NCBI GenBank assembly: GCA_040376695.1
Contig: JBEIQD010000001.1
Coordinates: forward strand, 15,615-79,614
Reading direction: 5' to 3'
DNA from: Candidatus Nomurabacteria bacterium
GTDB lineage: Bacteria; Patescibacteriota; Minisyncoccia; Phycocordibacterales; UBA5272
Length of the DNA stretch: 64,000 nucleotides
Part shown: piece after piece, positions 1 to 9,999 of the stretch
Position numbering within the stretch: the stretch's first letter is position 1
Layout: each line of letters starts with the position of its first letter
The notes under the pieces: generated by a model
What the model was told of the DNA's origin: nothing
What the model saw: the letters and a program-made list of their open reading frames with translations, nothing else
Databases searched by the model: none
Program-made: the position numbers and the translations under genes

Positions 1-374
1 CAGCGCTTCCTGTGGAAGAAGAGCTTTCAATGAAAGTGAAGGGTCGTGATTTTATTGCAGGGCTTCCTCGTACGGTTGAAATCAGAACGAATGAAATTGT
101 AAAAGCGATTGATAAAGAACTTCGTCTTATGATTAAGGCCATCAAGGATGTGCTTCAGGAAACTCCACCAGAACTTGCGTCAGATATTATTGATAACGGA
201 ATCATTATGTCAGGGGGAACATCAATGCTCCGTCACTTTCCAGATCTCGTAGAACGACGCACGGGAGTAAAGGCGGTTCTTGCAGATGATGCTTTCTATT
301 GTGTGGCAAAGGGAACAGGTATTGCACTTGAACACTTGGATACGTATAAGCGTTCTATCTTCGCAAAGAAATAA
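1..374 (+). CDS. mreB: MreB/Mbl-like actin homolog, C-terminal fragment (5' end outside window)
   Basis: Translation matches the C-terminal region of the full MreB at 5265-6314 at about 45 % identity (GLPR...SGGxxxLxxL...A..GTG..LEH). The frame is open to the window start. Confidence 0.8.
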   Translation, partial: ALPVEEELSMKVKGRDFIAGLPRTVEIRTNEIVKAIDKELRLMIKAIKDVLQETPPELASDIIDNGIIMSGGTSMLRHFPDLVERRTGVKAVLADDAFYCVAKGTGIALEHLDTYKRSIFAKK

Positions 375-440
375 AGTTTTTGCGTTTATGTTTTTCGAGT
401 GGTAGAGTTTCTTTAACTTTAGCTCTTTTGGAGAATTACT

Positions 441-992
441 ATGTTTACTGATGATATCAAGGTTAAGGGAACTTGGTTCGTTCCACACTTTCCACCTCGG
501 GAAGACAAACCACTTGAAATGGCTATGGCCAGAGAGTGGAAGGAGTACATGTCATACGAAGATCACTTCAGCAGCGGTTGGAGTACTCGTCTGGCCGATT
601 ACATCCTTGGATCTATTCCTGGAGGGCAGAATGAGCGTACCGCACGCACTGCAGCTACATTTGCTCTGTATGTTGTCACTCCTGTTGGTCGTGGCTTCAT
701 GGATCCTGTTCTTAGAAAAGTCAGAGCAGAAGGGGAAGGCTCAGATTACGCGCGTATTGCTATTTCTGAGTGGGCGGTAGAGAACCGCCTTGGCAGTCTC
801 AGTGAGAACGCCTTGATAAAAATGGTTCGCGATTCCGAGGCGGTGCCGGTCTACAAACATAAGCCATATCCGACATTGCCTGACCATCGAGCTGTCGAAT
901 TGACTCTGTGTTTTCTGGTAAGCCCTGAAGGGCGGCAATTGCTGAGGCGAGTATGTCAATCAACGTCAACACCAAATTGGCTTCCTTTCTGA
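441..992 (+). CDS. hypothetical soluble protein on a GC-rich (~50 %) single-gene locus
   Basis: 184-codon ORF with SD ggaga 7 nt upstream of the ATG. It has its own promoter-like TTGCGT-17-TAGAGT and its own terminator. GC of about 51 % in a sampled 120 nt versus about 40 % for neighbours. No recognisable motifs. Confidence 0.55.
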   Translation: MFTDDIKVKGTWFVPHFPPREDKPLEMAMAREWKEYMSYEDHFSSGWSTRLADYILGSIPGGQNERTARTAATFALYVVTPVGRGFMDPVLRKVRAEGEGSDYARIAISEWAVENRLGSLSENALIKMVRDSEAVPVYKHKPYPTLPDHRAVELTLCFLVSPEGRQLLRRVCQSTSTPNWLPF

Positions 993-1019
993 AAACGGCG
1001 CATAAGCGCCGTTTTTTTT
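992..1019 (+). terminator. rho-independent terminator
   Basis: aaaacggcgc-ataa-gcgccgtttttttt: perfect GC stem followed by a T8 run. Confidence 0.75.
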
Positions 1020-1043
1020 ATTGCTTGATATATACTGTTCTAC

Positions 1044-1697
1044 ATGAAATTCTCTGAACTTCCACTTCATCATGCGGTTCTTATAACGCATCCGGATAGA
1101 GTTGTATATGGGGGTGAGCTTTGGGAAGAGCTGCAAAAGAGTTCTCCTGCTCATAAATATTTTAATCAAACCGTATTGGATATTGAGACTGCTCGAGATA
1201 TTATTTCTTTTGCACAAGCGGCATATAATGAAGAAAAGGTCGCACTCATTTCTTTTAATACGGTTTCGTTACCAGCACAGAATGCAATGCTTAAAGTTTT
1301 AGAAGAACCTCGAAGCGGTGTGCGATTTATTCTCCTCACTACCCATAAAAACACACTCATCGAAACGGTGCTTTCCCGAGTAAGGCATGTCCAGTTGGAT
1401 GGAGCGATTAATGTGGAAGAAAAACATGCACAGGAGTTTCTCTCAACATCTCCATCGTTCCGTGTAAAACTTTCTTTTGTTACAACGTTGCTTGCTGGCG
1501 TTGATGAAGAAGGAAGAAAAGACAGGGAGGCTGTTAAGACATTCATCCTTTCTCTTGTTGGAGTTCTTGCAGAGAATCATGTGGAAGCTCGATATATAAC
1601 TGAAACACTTGAGATTGCGTCCTATGCGTCAGACCCATCAGCTTCAGGAAAAGCTCTTATCGAGTACTTAGCGCTCTTATTGCCGCAAATCAAGTAG
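1044..1697 (+). CDS. holB: DNA polymerase III delta-prime (HolB)-like clamp-loader subunit, short form
   Basis: The AMLKVLEEP motif corresponds to the clamp-loader NALLKTLEEPP box. AAA+-like N-terminal region. Sits upstream of frr. Confidence 0.55.
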   Translation: MKFSELPLHHAVLITHPDRVVYGGELWEELQKSSPAHKYFNQTVLDIETARDIISFAQAAYNEEKVALISFNTVSLPAQNAMLKVLEEPRSGVRFILLTTHKNTLIETVLSRVRHVQLDGAINVEEKHAQEFLSTSPSFRVKLSFVTTLLAGVDEEGRKDREAVKTFILSLVGVLAENHVEARYITETLEIASYASDPSASGKALIEYLALLLPQIK

Positions 1698-1722
1698 TGG
1701 AGTACAATACAGCACACAAACT

Positions 1723-2277
1723 ATGGCATACAATTTTTCAGATATAGAAAAGAAGAAGGGGGATATAACAGAATGGCTCATGAGTGAGTATCGTTCTATT
1801 TCAACAGGAAGAGCTACTCCTGCGGTTTTGGATCTAGTACATGTTGACTTGTACGGTTCTCGTACTCCTATTGCTCACACAGGAAGTATTAATATTGAAG
1901 ATGCTCGTACTCTTCGCGTTGCTCCGTGGGACAAATCAATTATTGGACAGATGGAGAAAGCGGTTAACGATGCTGACCTTGGACTCTCTGTGTCATCGGA
2001 TGACGCTGGGCTTCGTATTCATTTTCCAATGCTTACAACAGAGACACGACAGAAACTTGTGAAGTTGCTTAAGGATAGATTGGAAGATGCTCGTGTTCGT
2101 GTTCGTTCACTTCGTGAAGATACGAACAAAGATATTGATGCTCGTGCTAAAGCTGGAGAGTATGGTGAAGATGAGCAGCATCGATATCGTGATGATATGC
2201 AAAAGATAGTGGATGGAGCAAATGCTGAACTCGAAGTGTTATTTGCAAAGAAGGAGAAAGAGGTGATGGGGGAGTAA
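1723..2277 (+). CDS. frr: ribosome recycling factor
   Basis: 184 aa with full-length RRF-like sequence (…RTLRVAPWDKS…, helical C-terminal arm). Confidence 0.92.
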   Translation: MAYNFSDIEKKKGDITEWLMSEYRSISTGRATPAVLDLVHVDLYGSRTPIAHTGSINIEDARTLRVAPWDKSIIGQMEKAVNDADLGLSVSSDDAGLRIHFPMLTTETRQKLVKLLKDRLEDARVRVRSLREDTNKDIDARAKAGEYGEDEQHRYRDDMQKIVDGANAELEVLFAKKEKEVMGE

Positions 2278-2293
2278 TTCGGAATTAAGAAAA

Positions 2294-2324
2294 GAAAAAA
2301 GCCACACGAGAGTGTGGCTTTTTA
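2294..2324. terminator. bidirectional terminator shared by frr (+) and the convergent 86-aa gene (-)
   Basis: aaaaaagccacac-gaga-gtgtggcttttt is palindromic with A/T runs on both sides. Confidence 0.7.
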
Positions 2325-2341
2325 GTAGGCCCATGTTTGGG

Positions 2342-2602
2342 TCATGCGTTTCTGATGTGTCCATCCCATTGCTTCGGAGTGACCTTTTCTTTTGGTCTTT
2401 GGAAAGATTTGAGAAGTTCAATGAGTTGTTCACAGCCTCCTTTTGTTTTGTCGTAACAGTCAACCTGGTACGACTTATTTTCGAATTTGAAATCAGGTAA
2501 AGCTTTTTTAGACGTAGCCTGCTGTGCATCACTTGTAGTAGCAGTAATCATTGCCACCACAGTGATCAACAGAATCTTCACGGGTTTTTGCGAGTAGAAC
2601 AT
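2342..2602 (-). CDS. small secreted protein (signal peptide, 2 Cys)
   Basis: N-terminal hydrophobic signal-like segment KILLITVVAMITATTSDAQQ. SD GGAGGA lies just upstream of the ATG on the minus strand. Confidence 0.5.
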   Translation of the reverse strand: MFYSQKPVKILLITVVAMITATTSDAQQATSKKALPDFKFENKSYQVDCYDKTKGGCEQLIELLKSFQRPKEKVTPKQWDGHIRNA

Positions 2603-2727
2603 GTCTCCTCCGTAAGAGGTAAATTAAGGAATATGCCGAATATAACAATACGTCTTTAAGGTTGTATTGTCAATATTAGCAGGTTTTCATTCATGTTCAT
2701 TCGTTCAACTGCTATACTATTGTAATT

Positions 2728-3825
2728 ATGTCAGCTACAGCACTTTTTCTTTTCTTTATTATTTTATTAGCACTTGTTATTGTGCATGAATTTGGTCACT
2801 TCATTGTTGCTAAGTGGGTCGGTATGAGGGTTGATGAGTTTGCGTTCGGCTTCCCACCTCGATTATTTTCAAAGAAGAAAGGTGAAACAGTGTATGCCGT
2901 TAATGCATTACCTCTTGGTGGATATGTTTCAATTTGGGGAGAGAATGGTGAGCCAGATGACGAAGCAAAAACACACCCTCGAGCTTTTGGTAATCGTCCA
3001 AAGTGGGCGCAATTTCTTGTTCTTATTGCAGGGGTTGCAATGAACATGTTATTAGCGTGGTTTATTTTTATAGCTATTTCATTTGGAAGCATTCAAATGA
3101 GTACAAATGATCCAATCTATGGATCACGAGTTAAGAACGCCGCTATTATGGTGGTAGATGCAGCCCCTAATTCTCCGGCTCATTTAGCGGGCATTGTTCC
3201 AGGTTCTGTCATTACAAGTATAAAGAGTGGTACAGCTACAGCTAATCTTACTTCTGCTACATCAGTAATAGCGTTTATTGCTAGTCATCAGAATGATTCG
3301 TTTGCCATTACATATGTTAAACCGAACGGAACAAAAGCGGAGACTGTTGTTGCTGCTGTATATGGAATTACGCCTGATAAAAAAGCACTCGGAATAACTG
3401 TTGATACTGTCGGTGTAGTAAATACTTCTATTATAGAAGCTGTGAAGATTGGAACAGCTCGGACACAGGATATAACTATGATGACTCTCCAAGGTCTTTG
3501 GGCTCTAGTCTCTTCTATCGGCGGGGAAACAAATGTACTTGAATCTCTTTCTGGTCCAATTGGTATTGCGCGAATTGTTGGAGAGACAAGTGAGTATGGA
3601 TTGGCTGCAATACTTACTCTTGTTGCTATTCTTTCTATCAACCTTGCAGTATTTAACGCGCTTCCACTTCCAGCGCTCGACGGAGGAAGAATTGTCGTTG
3701 TGGTAATTGAAGTAATAAGTAGAAAGAAGATACCATTTAAGTATTATTCTTGGGTGAACGTAGCGGGATTTGTTGCACTGATGTTACTTTTGGTTGTGGT
3801 AACCATTAACGATGTGCGTAGATAG
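2728..3825 (+). CDS. rseP: site-2 protease RseP family (M50 zinc metalloprotease)
   Basis: HEFGH zinc motif at the N-terminal TM, PDZ-like middle region, and the C-terminal NLLPLPALDGG motif. Confidence 0.88.
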   Translation: MSATALFLFFIILLALVIVHEFGHFIVAKWVGMRVDEFAFGFPPRLFSKKKGETVYAVNALPLGGYVSIWGENGEPDDEAKTHPRAFGNRPKWAQFLVLIAGVAMNMLLAWFIFIAISFGSIQMSTNDPIYGSRVKNAAIMVVDAAPNSPAHLAGIVPGSVITSIKSGTATANLTSATSVIAFIASHQNDSFAITYVKPNGTKAETVVAAVYGITPDKKALGITVDTVGVVNTSIIEAVKIGTARTQDITMMTLQGLWALVSSIGGETNVLESLSGPIGIARIVGETSEYGLAAILTLVAILSINLAVFNALPLPALDGGRIVVVVIEVISRKKIPFKYYSWVNVAGFVALMLLLVVVTINDVRR

Positions 3826-3860
3826 GATATCTCTTTATTTTCTTGTAGAATACTAACTAT

Positions 3861-5141
3861 ATGCGACAATCTAAACTTTATACAAAAACGAGAAAAGAAA
3901 CTCCCTCAGACGAAGTTTCAAAGAATGCGATCTTACTTACTCGTGCTGGATTTATTCATAAAGAAATGGCGGGAGTGTATACATTTCTTCCGTTGGGACT
4001 TCGTGTGCTTACTAAAATAGAAAATATCATTCGTCGTCAGATGGACACAATTGGTAATGAATTAGTTATGTCGTCTCTGTCTCCTCGGGAGCTGTGGGAG
4101 AAAACAGGACGCGCTGACGTAGTGGATGTGCTTATGAAAACGATGCCAGCAAACAAAGCATCTGAAGAAAAATCAACAAACTCATATATCCTTAATCCAA
4201 CACACGAAGAATTAATCACTCCTATCGCTGCTGAGTATGCTCGTTCATATAAGGATCTTCCGGCTGCTTTCTATCAAATACAAACAAAGTTTAGAAATGA
4301 AGCTCGTGCTAAGTCAGGACTTCTTCGTGGGCGTGAGTTTCGCATGAAGGATTTATATAGTTTCCATCGTGATGCTGCCGATTTGCAAAAATACTACGAA
4401 GAAGCAAAGCAGGTTTATATGAATATTTATTGTGAGCTTGGACTGGGAGATGATACGTTTATTACTGTTGCAGGAGGAGGGGATTTTACAAAAGAATTTT
4501 CTCATGAATTCCAGACGGTTACCGAAGCAGGGGAAGATGTTATTTATCTTGATCGTAAAAATAATATTGCGTATAACAAAGAGGTTGTTACAGAAGAGAA
4601 TGCACAACGTCTTTCCGTTGATTTCCAGTCATTAGAACAGGTGAAAGCATGTGAGGTTGGAAATATTTTCCCGCTTGGTACAAAATTCACACAAGCATTT
4701 GAATATACCTATACAGATGAAGAAGGAAAACAACAAGAAGTCCATATGGGTTGTTATGGAATTGGCCCATCACGCCTTATGGGAGTGATTACAGAAAAGT
4801 TTGCAGACGAAAAAGGTCTTGTGTGGCCGGCATCAATTGCACCATTTTCTCTTCACCTTATTTGTATTTCAAAAGAAAAAGACAGCGAAGCTTCAAAAAT
4901 TGCTGAAGGTATTTACCTTAAGTTAACAGCAGCACATGTTGAAGTACTCTTTGATGATCGTGAAGAGCAAGCTGGAAGTAAGTTCGCAGATAGTGATCTT
5001 ATCGGAATTCCTATGCGTGTCGTGGTGTCTGATAAATCATTGGAAAAGGGCGGGGTTGAAATAAAAGAGAGAACTTCTGGTACAGGTGAGATTGTAACAG
5101 TGGAACAACTTCTTAAAACGTATACACCTAACTGTGAGTAG
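3861..5141 (+). CDS. proS: prolyl-tRNA synthetase, short form without insertion/editing domain
   Basis: Class II aaRS motifs, ProRS-like core and a C-terminal anticodon-binding domain. Only 426 aa. Confidence 0.88.
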   Translation: MRQSKLYTKTRKETPSDEVSKNAILLTRAGFIHKEMAGVYTFLPLGLRVLTKIENIIRRQMDTIGNELVMSSLSPRELWEKTGRADVVDVLMKTMPANKASEEKSTNSYILNPTHEELITPIAAEYARSYKDLPAAFYQIQTKFRNEARAKSGLLRGREFRMKDLYSFHRDAADLQKYYEEAKQVYMNIYCELGLGDDTFITVAGGGDFTKEFSHEFQTVTEAGEDVIYLDRKNNIAYNKEVVTEENAQRLSVDFQSLEQVKACEVGNIFPLGTKFTQAFEYTYTDEEGKQQEVHMGCYGIGPSRLMGVITEKFADEKGLVWPASIAPFSLHLICISKEKDSEASKIAEGIYLKLTAAHVEVLFDDREEQAGSKFADSDLIGIPMRVVVSDKSLEKGGVEIKERTSGTGEIVTVEQLLKTYTPNCE

Positions 5142-5153
5142 AGAGAATAGGTA

Positions 5154-5188
5154 AACATACACCCCATCGTCACGATGGGGTGTATGTT
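5154..5188 (+). terminator. rho-independent terminator after proS
   Basis: aacatacacccc-atcgtcacgat-ggggtgtatgtt hairpin followed by a T-rich tail. Confidence 0.65.
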
Positions 5189-5264
5189 ATTGAGCTAAAA
5201 TTTCAACACAAAAAATTACACTGTCAATGAATACGGCACTTCATAAAAGTGATAGAATACTTCC

Positions 5265-6314
5265 ATGTTTGAGCGACTTTATAGGCAATTTTCCAATGAT
5301 ATTGGTATCGATTTAGGAACTGCAAATACCCTTGTGTACCTACGCGGGAGAGGTATTGTTATTAATGAACCATCTGTTGTCGCTCTCAATACAAAAACCT
5401 CTCGTGTTGTTGCTGTAGGAACAGAAGCAAAAGAAATGATGGGACGCACTCCATCTCATATTCGCATCGTCCGTCCGCTTGTTGATGGTGTGATTTCAGA
5501 TTATGAAGTAACAGAAGAGATGCTTTCATATTTGATTAACAAAGCGAACGATACAGATAGAAAACTATTTCGACCCCGAGTAGTAATTGGTATTCCTGTG
5601 GGGATTACTAACGTAGAAATGCGTGCTGTGTATGATGCGGCAAAGTCAGCTGGAGCTCGTGAGGTGTACATTGTTGAAGAACCTATGGCTGCAGCAATTG
5701 GAGTGCAGATGCCAATCCACGATCCAATCGGAAGTATGATTGTTGATATTGGAGGAGGGACAACTGATATCGCAGTTATTGCGCTAAGTGGAGTCGTACG
5801 TGCTAAGTCACTTAAAATTGCGGGAGATAAATTAACGCAAGATATTGTGAGTTACATGCGAGACGAGTTTAAGATGCTCATTGGGGAAAAAACTGGAGAG
5901 AATATTAAAATTGCAATTGGGTCTGCTCTGCCTGACGATGAAGGAGAAGAGCTTTCTGTTAAAGGAAGAGACTTGGTAACAGGTCTTCCTCGAGAAGCAA
6001 TTATTACAGATGTTGATATTCGCGAAGCGATGTATGGATCAATTTCTCAACTTGTTGATGCAATACGTGAAGTGCTTGAAACAACGCCGCCAGAAGTTCT
6101 TGCGGATATTATGCACAAAGGAATGACCGTTTCTGGTGGTGGTGCTTTAATTAGGAACCTTCCTCAGCTTCTTGAAATGCAATTGAAAGTTCCTGTCACT
6201 ATAGCGCTCGATCCTCTTACTGCTGTTGCTCGCGGTACAGGAGTTATACTTGAGCATATTGATACCTTTAAAGATGTCTTAGTACAAAACACAGATGAAA
6301 TATCTTTCAGATAA
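5265..6314 (+). CDS. mreB: rod-shape protein MreB
   Basis: Full-length actin-fold sequence with the GIDLGTANTLVY phosphate-1 motif and DIGGGTTD. Immediately upstream of mreC. Confidence 0.93.
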   Translation: MFERLYRQFSNDIGIDLGTANTLVYLRGRGIVINEPSVVALNTKTSRVVAVGTEAKEMMGRTPSHIRIVRPLVDGVISDYEVTEEMLSYLINKANDTDRKLFRPRVVIGIPVGITNVEMRAVYDAAKSAGAREVYIVEEPMAAAIGVQMPIHDPIGSMIVDIGGGTTDIAVIALSGVVRAKSLKIAGDKLTQDIVSYMRDEFKMLIGEKTGENIKIAIGSALPDDEGEELSVKGRDLVTGLPREAIITDVDIREAMYGSISQLVDAIREVLETTPPEVLADIMHKGMTVSGGGALIRNLPQLLEMQLKVPVTIALDPLTAVARGTGVILEHIDTFKDVLVQNTDEISFR

Positions 6315-7098
6315 ATCCAAATCTCGTAGAAATTCATATCGTAATGCAGCTTTCTTTTTTATTGCATGTGTAGCATTTGTTTATTTTTGGCAACCAATAC
6401 GTGCTACTTTATATCCAATTATTGAACCAGTCGTACGCACCTATGGCGGGACAAAAGGCGCAGCAAGTTTTGTTCCTGAATTTTTCTCTACTTATTTCAG
6501 TACGCGCGGAGAACTTTCTGCAAAAAATAGTGATTTAGAAATTTCCATTGAACGTCTTGAAAATCAACTAGCAGAAAAAGCTGGCCTTCTTCGTGAATAC
6601 GAAGCATTAGCTAGTGGCACAACTACTGCAACAGACGCTTCTGTTATTGTTATGTACCCTGTAATGGAAGATGTAACAAAATTGTACTCAACTATTATCC
6701 TTTCAAAAGGATATAAAGATGGAATTGAAGTGGGAGGATTGGTATACGTTCGGGGGTTGCAACCAGTCTGTGAAATTATTGAAGTGTACGACAGAACATC
6801 GCTCTGCGAACTTCTTTCAAAAGGTAACAGAACGACAGAGGGTGTGACAGCAAGTTCAAGTATTACGTTATCCCTCGTTGGTAATGGAGGAGGTAATTAT
6901 ATTGGGACCACGGTAAAAGGTTCTCTTGTATACGTTGGAGAACAGGTGTACCTACGAAGTAACCCGTCGTATACGCTCGGTACTATTGTAAAAGTACAAG
7001 AAGATGACCAAGATACAGGGGCAAAAGTTTATATTCGAGGTGCTTACAATCCAGTGAACTCCTCAATCTTTTATTTGAACACTCGCTATGTCCCGTAA
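6295..7098 (+). CDS. mreC: rod-shape protein MreC
   Basis: N-terminal TM, coiled coil (LENQLAEK…) and C-terminal beta domain. Overlaps the mreB 3' end by 20 nt. Confidence 0.8.
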   Translation: MKYLSDKSKSRRNSYRNAAFFFIACVAFVYFWQPIRATLYPIIEPVVRTYGGTKGAASFVPEFFSTYFSTRGELSAKNSDLEISIERLENQLAEKAGLLREYEALASGTTTATDASVIVMYPVMEDVTKLYSTIILSKGYKDGIEVGGLVYVRGLQPVCEIIEVYDRTSLCELLSKGNRTTEGVTASSSITLSLVGNGGGNYIGTTVKGSLVYVGEQVYLRSNPSYTLGTIVKVQEDDQDTGAKVYIRGAYNPVNSSIFYLNTRYVP

Positions 7099-7208
7099 GT
7101 ATATTTTTTTTACACTTCTTGTCAGCGTTTCTTTCTTTATCGATCTTAGCTTAGGGGTTGGAAACTACCCAAAAATGCTACTCATGGTCTGTGCTATTAT
7201 AGCTATAT

Positions 7209-8906
7209 ATGAACTTGTTTCGCCGTACGTTTACACGTAAAGCTCGCATTGCTGCATCTCATGAAATCTCTCCAGAAGATGTGTTTTTGGATTCTGAAAA
7301 TATTTCTAAATTAAATCTTAATCAGATGGAGGGACATCTGGAGAAACCGCTCAGCAAGTATGTGTTTTATTTCTCGGTGCTATTTATTTTCGTTCTGGTG
7401 GGCGGCTTTAGTGCACGTCTTTTTGCTATGCAGATAGTTGAAGGTAAATCATACAAAGAAAAAGCCGATAGGAATCACTTGAAGAGCACACCGATTTTTG
7501 CTCTCCGCGGAACTATTTCTGACAGAAATGGAAATCTTCTTGCATGGAATACGTTAGGTACAAGTACAAAAGAAGTTCCTGAGCGAACCTATACAAGCAC
7601 TGCTGGGTTTTCTCATTTATTAGGATATGTAAGTTACCCGAAGAAGGATTCATCAGGAATTTTTTGGCAGGAAGAATATATAGGGAAGGATGGAATTGAA
7701 AAACAATATCAAACCTTGTTACAAGGAGTTCCTGGAGAGAGAGTGATTGCAATAAATGCTCGGCAAGAAGTTGAAGCAGAAAACGTAACAGTTGATCCAA
7801 CACACGGAGAAAATATTCGTTTATCAATTGATGCCAGCGTGCAAGCAAAGCTCCAAGAGAGAATCAAAGCTCTCGCTCAAGATTATGGGTATGTTGCAGG
7901 AGCAGGAGCTATTATGGATATTCATACCGGGGAACTTCTTGCTCTTACTAGTTATCCAGAGTACGACAATAATCTTATTACTAATGCAAAAACTAAAGAA
8001 GAGAAGTCTCAGGTGGGAGATGATTTACTTGATAAACGTCAGAAGTTTCTTAATCGTGCGGTGAGCGGTTTATTTACTCCAGGATCAACGGTGAAACCAT
8101 TCATGGCAATTGCAGCTCTCATGGAGGGTGTTATTACTCCAGAAAAAAGTATTTTTAGCTCTGGTTCATTGGTGATTAAAAATAAGTATGGTGGTCCAGA
8201 CACAGTATTTAAGGACTGGAAAGCTCATGGGTATGTTGATATGAGAGAAGCGATTGCTGTTTCATCAGATGAATATTTTTATCAAATAGGTGGTGGATAC
8301 ATGGATCAACCAGGACTCGGTATCGATAGAATTAATACATATGCTTCTATGTTTGGTTTTGGAACTACTACAGGTGTTGATCTTCCGGGAGAAGAATATG
8401 GAGTTGTCCCATCTCAGGCATGGAAACAAAAAGTATTCGGTGAAGACTGGTTGGTAGGTAATACGTATCACACGTCTATCGGACAGTATGGATTTCAGCT
8501 AACTCCGCTGGAGCTCATTCGAGGGATTGCTTCTATCGCAAATGGGGGAAGTCTCGTTACCCCACACCTTCTTCTTGGTCTGCCAACCGAAACAACAGAG
8601 CTTCCTCTTAAAGAAAAAGACTTAAAGGTTATTCATGAGGGAATGAGGCGTGGTGTTCTTGAGGGTACCGGACGAGTGCTTAATATTCCTGGGGTGAACA
8701 TCGCATCAAAATCAGGAACAGCGGAGCTTGGCGTAAAAAAGGATTTAATAAATTCTTGGATTACAGGTTATTTTCCGTACGAAGAACCGAAATATGCTTT
8801 CGTGGTAATTATGGAAAAGGGGTCGGTAAAGAACCTTCACGGAGCTGTTTTTGCTGCAAGAGAGACCATTGAATGGATGAGAGATAACACTAATTACACG
8901 AAGTAG
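7209..8906 (+). CDS. mrdA: penicillin-binding protein 2 (elongasome transpeptidase)
   Basis: TM anchor, dimerisation domain, and transpeptidase motifs STVKP (SxxK), SSD (SxN) and KSGTA (KTG). Follows mreBC. Confidence 0.85.
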   Translation: MNLFRRTFTRKARIAASHEISPEDVFLDSENISKLNLNQMEGHLEKPLSKYVFYFSVLFIFVLVGGFSARLFAMQIVEGKSYKEKADRNHLKSTPIFALRGTISDRNGNLLAWNTLGTSTKEVPERTYTSTAGFSHLLGYVSYPKKDSSGIFWQEEYIGKDGIEKQYQTLLQGVPGERVIAINARQEVEAENVTVDPTHGENIRLSIDASVQAKLQERIKALAQDYGYVAGAGAIMDIHTGELLALTSYPEYDNNLITNAKTKEEKSQVGDDLLDKRQKFLNRAVSGLFTPGSTVKPFMAIAALMEGVITPEKSIFSSGSLVIKNKYGGPDTVFKDWKAHGYVDMREAIAVSSDEYFYQIGGGYMDQPGLGIDRINTYASMFGFGTTTGVDLPGEEYGVVPSQAWKQKVFGEDWLVGNTYHTSIGQYGFQLTPLELIRGIASIANGGSLVTPHLLLGLPTETTELPLKEKDLKVIHEGMRRGVLEGTGRVLNIPGVNIASKSGTAELGVKKDLINSWITGYFPYEEPKYAFVVIMEKGSVKNLHGAVFAARETIEWMRDNTNYTK

Positions 8907-8978
8907 TAGAAAAGAGACATTTGAGGTCTTGGTATGCAAAAAGGCTGAAATTATGATATACTTATACATAATAAAAAT

Positions 8979-9434
8979 ATGGAATATCTAACACCTGAAA
9001 AGAAAGTAGAGCTAGAAAATGAGCTTAATCAGCTTAAAACAGTGCGTCGTAAAGAAATTGCAGACGCTCTTGAGTATGCAAAGTCTTTAGGGGATTTATC
9101 TGAAAATGCTGAATATCATCAAGCTCGTGAGGACCAAGCAAATTGTGAAGATCGCATTGGGCATCTTGAACAGGTTCTTAAGAATGCTGTCATCATGGAT
9201 AAGCACCACTCTGGAACAGTTGAAGTGGGTACAACGGTAACTGTTGTTAAGAAGGGAGAAAAAGAAGCACGACAGTTTACACTTGTGGGAAGTGAAGAAG
9301 CCGATTCTATTGGAGGTAAAATTTCAAATGAATCTCCACTTGGAGCTGCTCTTCTCGGAAAGTCAAAAGGTGATACGGTAACATTTGATACACCAAAAGG
9401 GAAGACAGAATATACAATCAAATCGATTGCTTAA
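8979..9434 (+). CDS. greA: transcription elongation factor GreA
   Basis: N-terminal coiled-coil with acidic tip (DLSENAEY) plus an FKBP-like C-terminal domain. Confidence 0.9.
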   Translation: MEYLTPEKKVELENELNQLKTVRRKEIADALEYAKSLGDLSENAEYHQAREDQANCEDRIGHLEQVLKNAVIMDKHHSGTVEVGTTVTVVKKGEKEARQFTLVGSEEADSIGGKISNESPLGAALLGKSKGDTVTFDTPKGKTEYTIKSIA

Positions 9435-9448
9435 CTTAATGAGAAAAT

Positions 9449-9476
9449 AAAAAAGCCGCGCGATGCGCGGTTTTTT
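9449..9476. terminator. bidirectional terminator (greA + / convergent gene -)
   Basis: aaaaaagccgcgcg-at-gcgcggttttttgttttt. Confidence 0.7.
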
Positions 9477-9480
9477 GTTT

Positions 9481-9891
9481 TTATGCATGAACGATTTCAG
9501 GTAGAAGACCTGATCGCTTGCGCTTACCTCTGTGTCCACCAGAACTGTTAATAAGTTTGTAGTTCACAGAGACGATGTTTGCAAATGGTTCCACACCTTG
9601 AATCCGTGTGCCGAATTTATTTGGAGAACCACTCTCATCTAGTTGGTGCGGTTGCACTGTTAGTTTTTCTACTCTTTTTTCTGAGTGCAACAGAAAGAGA
9701 ATACTGTTGTGATCATTCAGTGTAAGACTCGGATGAATCTTAATGATGCTCTCATAAATCTCAGCCTCTTCTTTCCACTGACTAGGGCTAAGGAGCGCCA
9801 AGTAGTCATCCACTGGCCACTTCTTTTTAGTGGGGTAAAACAGGCATACAAGTAAAAATGAGATACCAAGGGCAAGTAGTATCGCTTCCAT
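9481..9891 (-). CDS. membrane-anchored hypothetical protein (start corrected to the internal ATG)
   Basis: The ORF-track start at 9939 has no SD. The ATG at 9891 is preceded by AAGGAGG with a 6-nt spacer and begins an N-terminal TM helix (MEAILLALGISFLLVCLF). Confidence 0.5.
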   Translation of the reverse strand: MEAILLALGISFLLVCLFYPTKKKWPVDDYLALLSPSQWKEEAEIYESIIKIHPSLTLNDHNSILFLLHSEKRVEKLTVQPHQLDESGSPNKFGTRIQGVEPFANIVSVNYKLINSSGGHRGKRKRSGLLPEIVHA

Positions 9892-9999
9892 CGGAACCTC
9901 CTTTGTGTAAAGTTGAACAATTGGTAGGAACTTTACCATACACTTCTTCTTGGTGTCTAGTGGGAGCTTCTGAAGTAATTTGGTATACTTTACATCATT

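Noticed and set aside
451-780. 109-aa ORF in an alternative frame inside the 441-992 gene
   Set aside because: Entirely nested within a longer ORF that has an SD and a terminator. It has a hydrophobic, low-complexity translation and no start signals.
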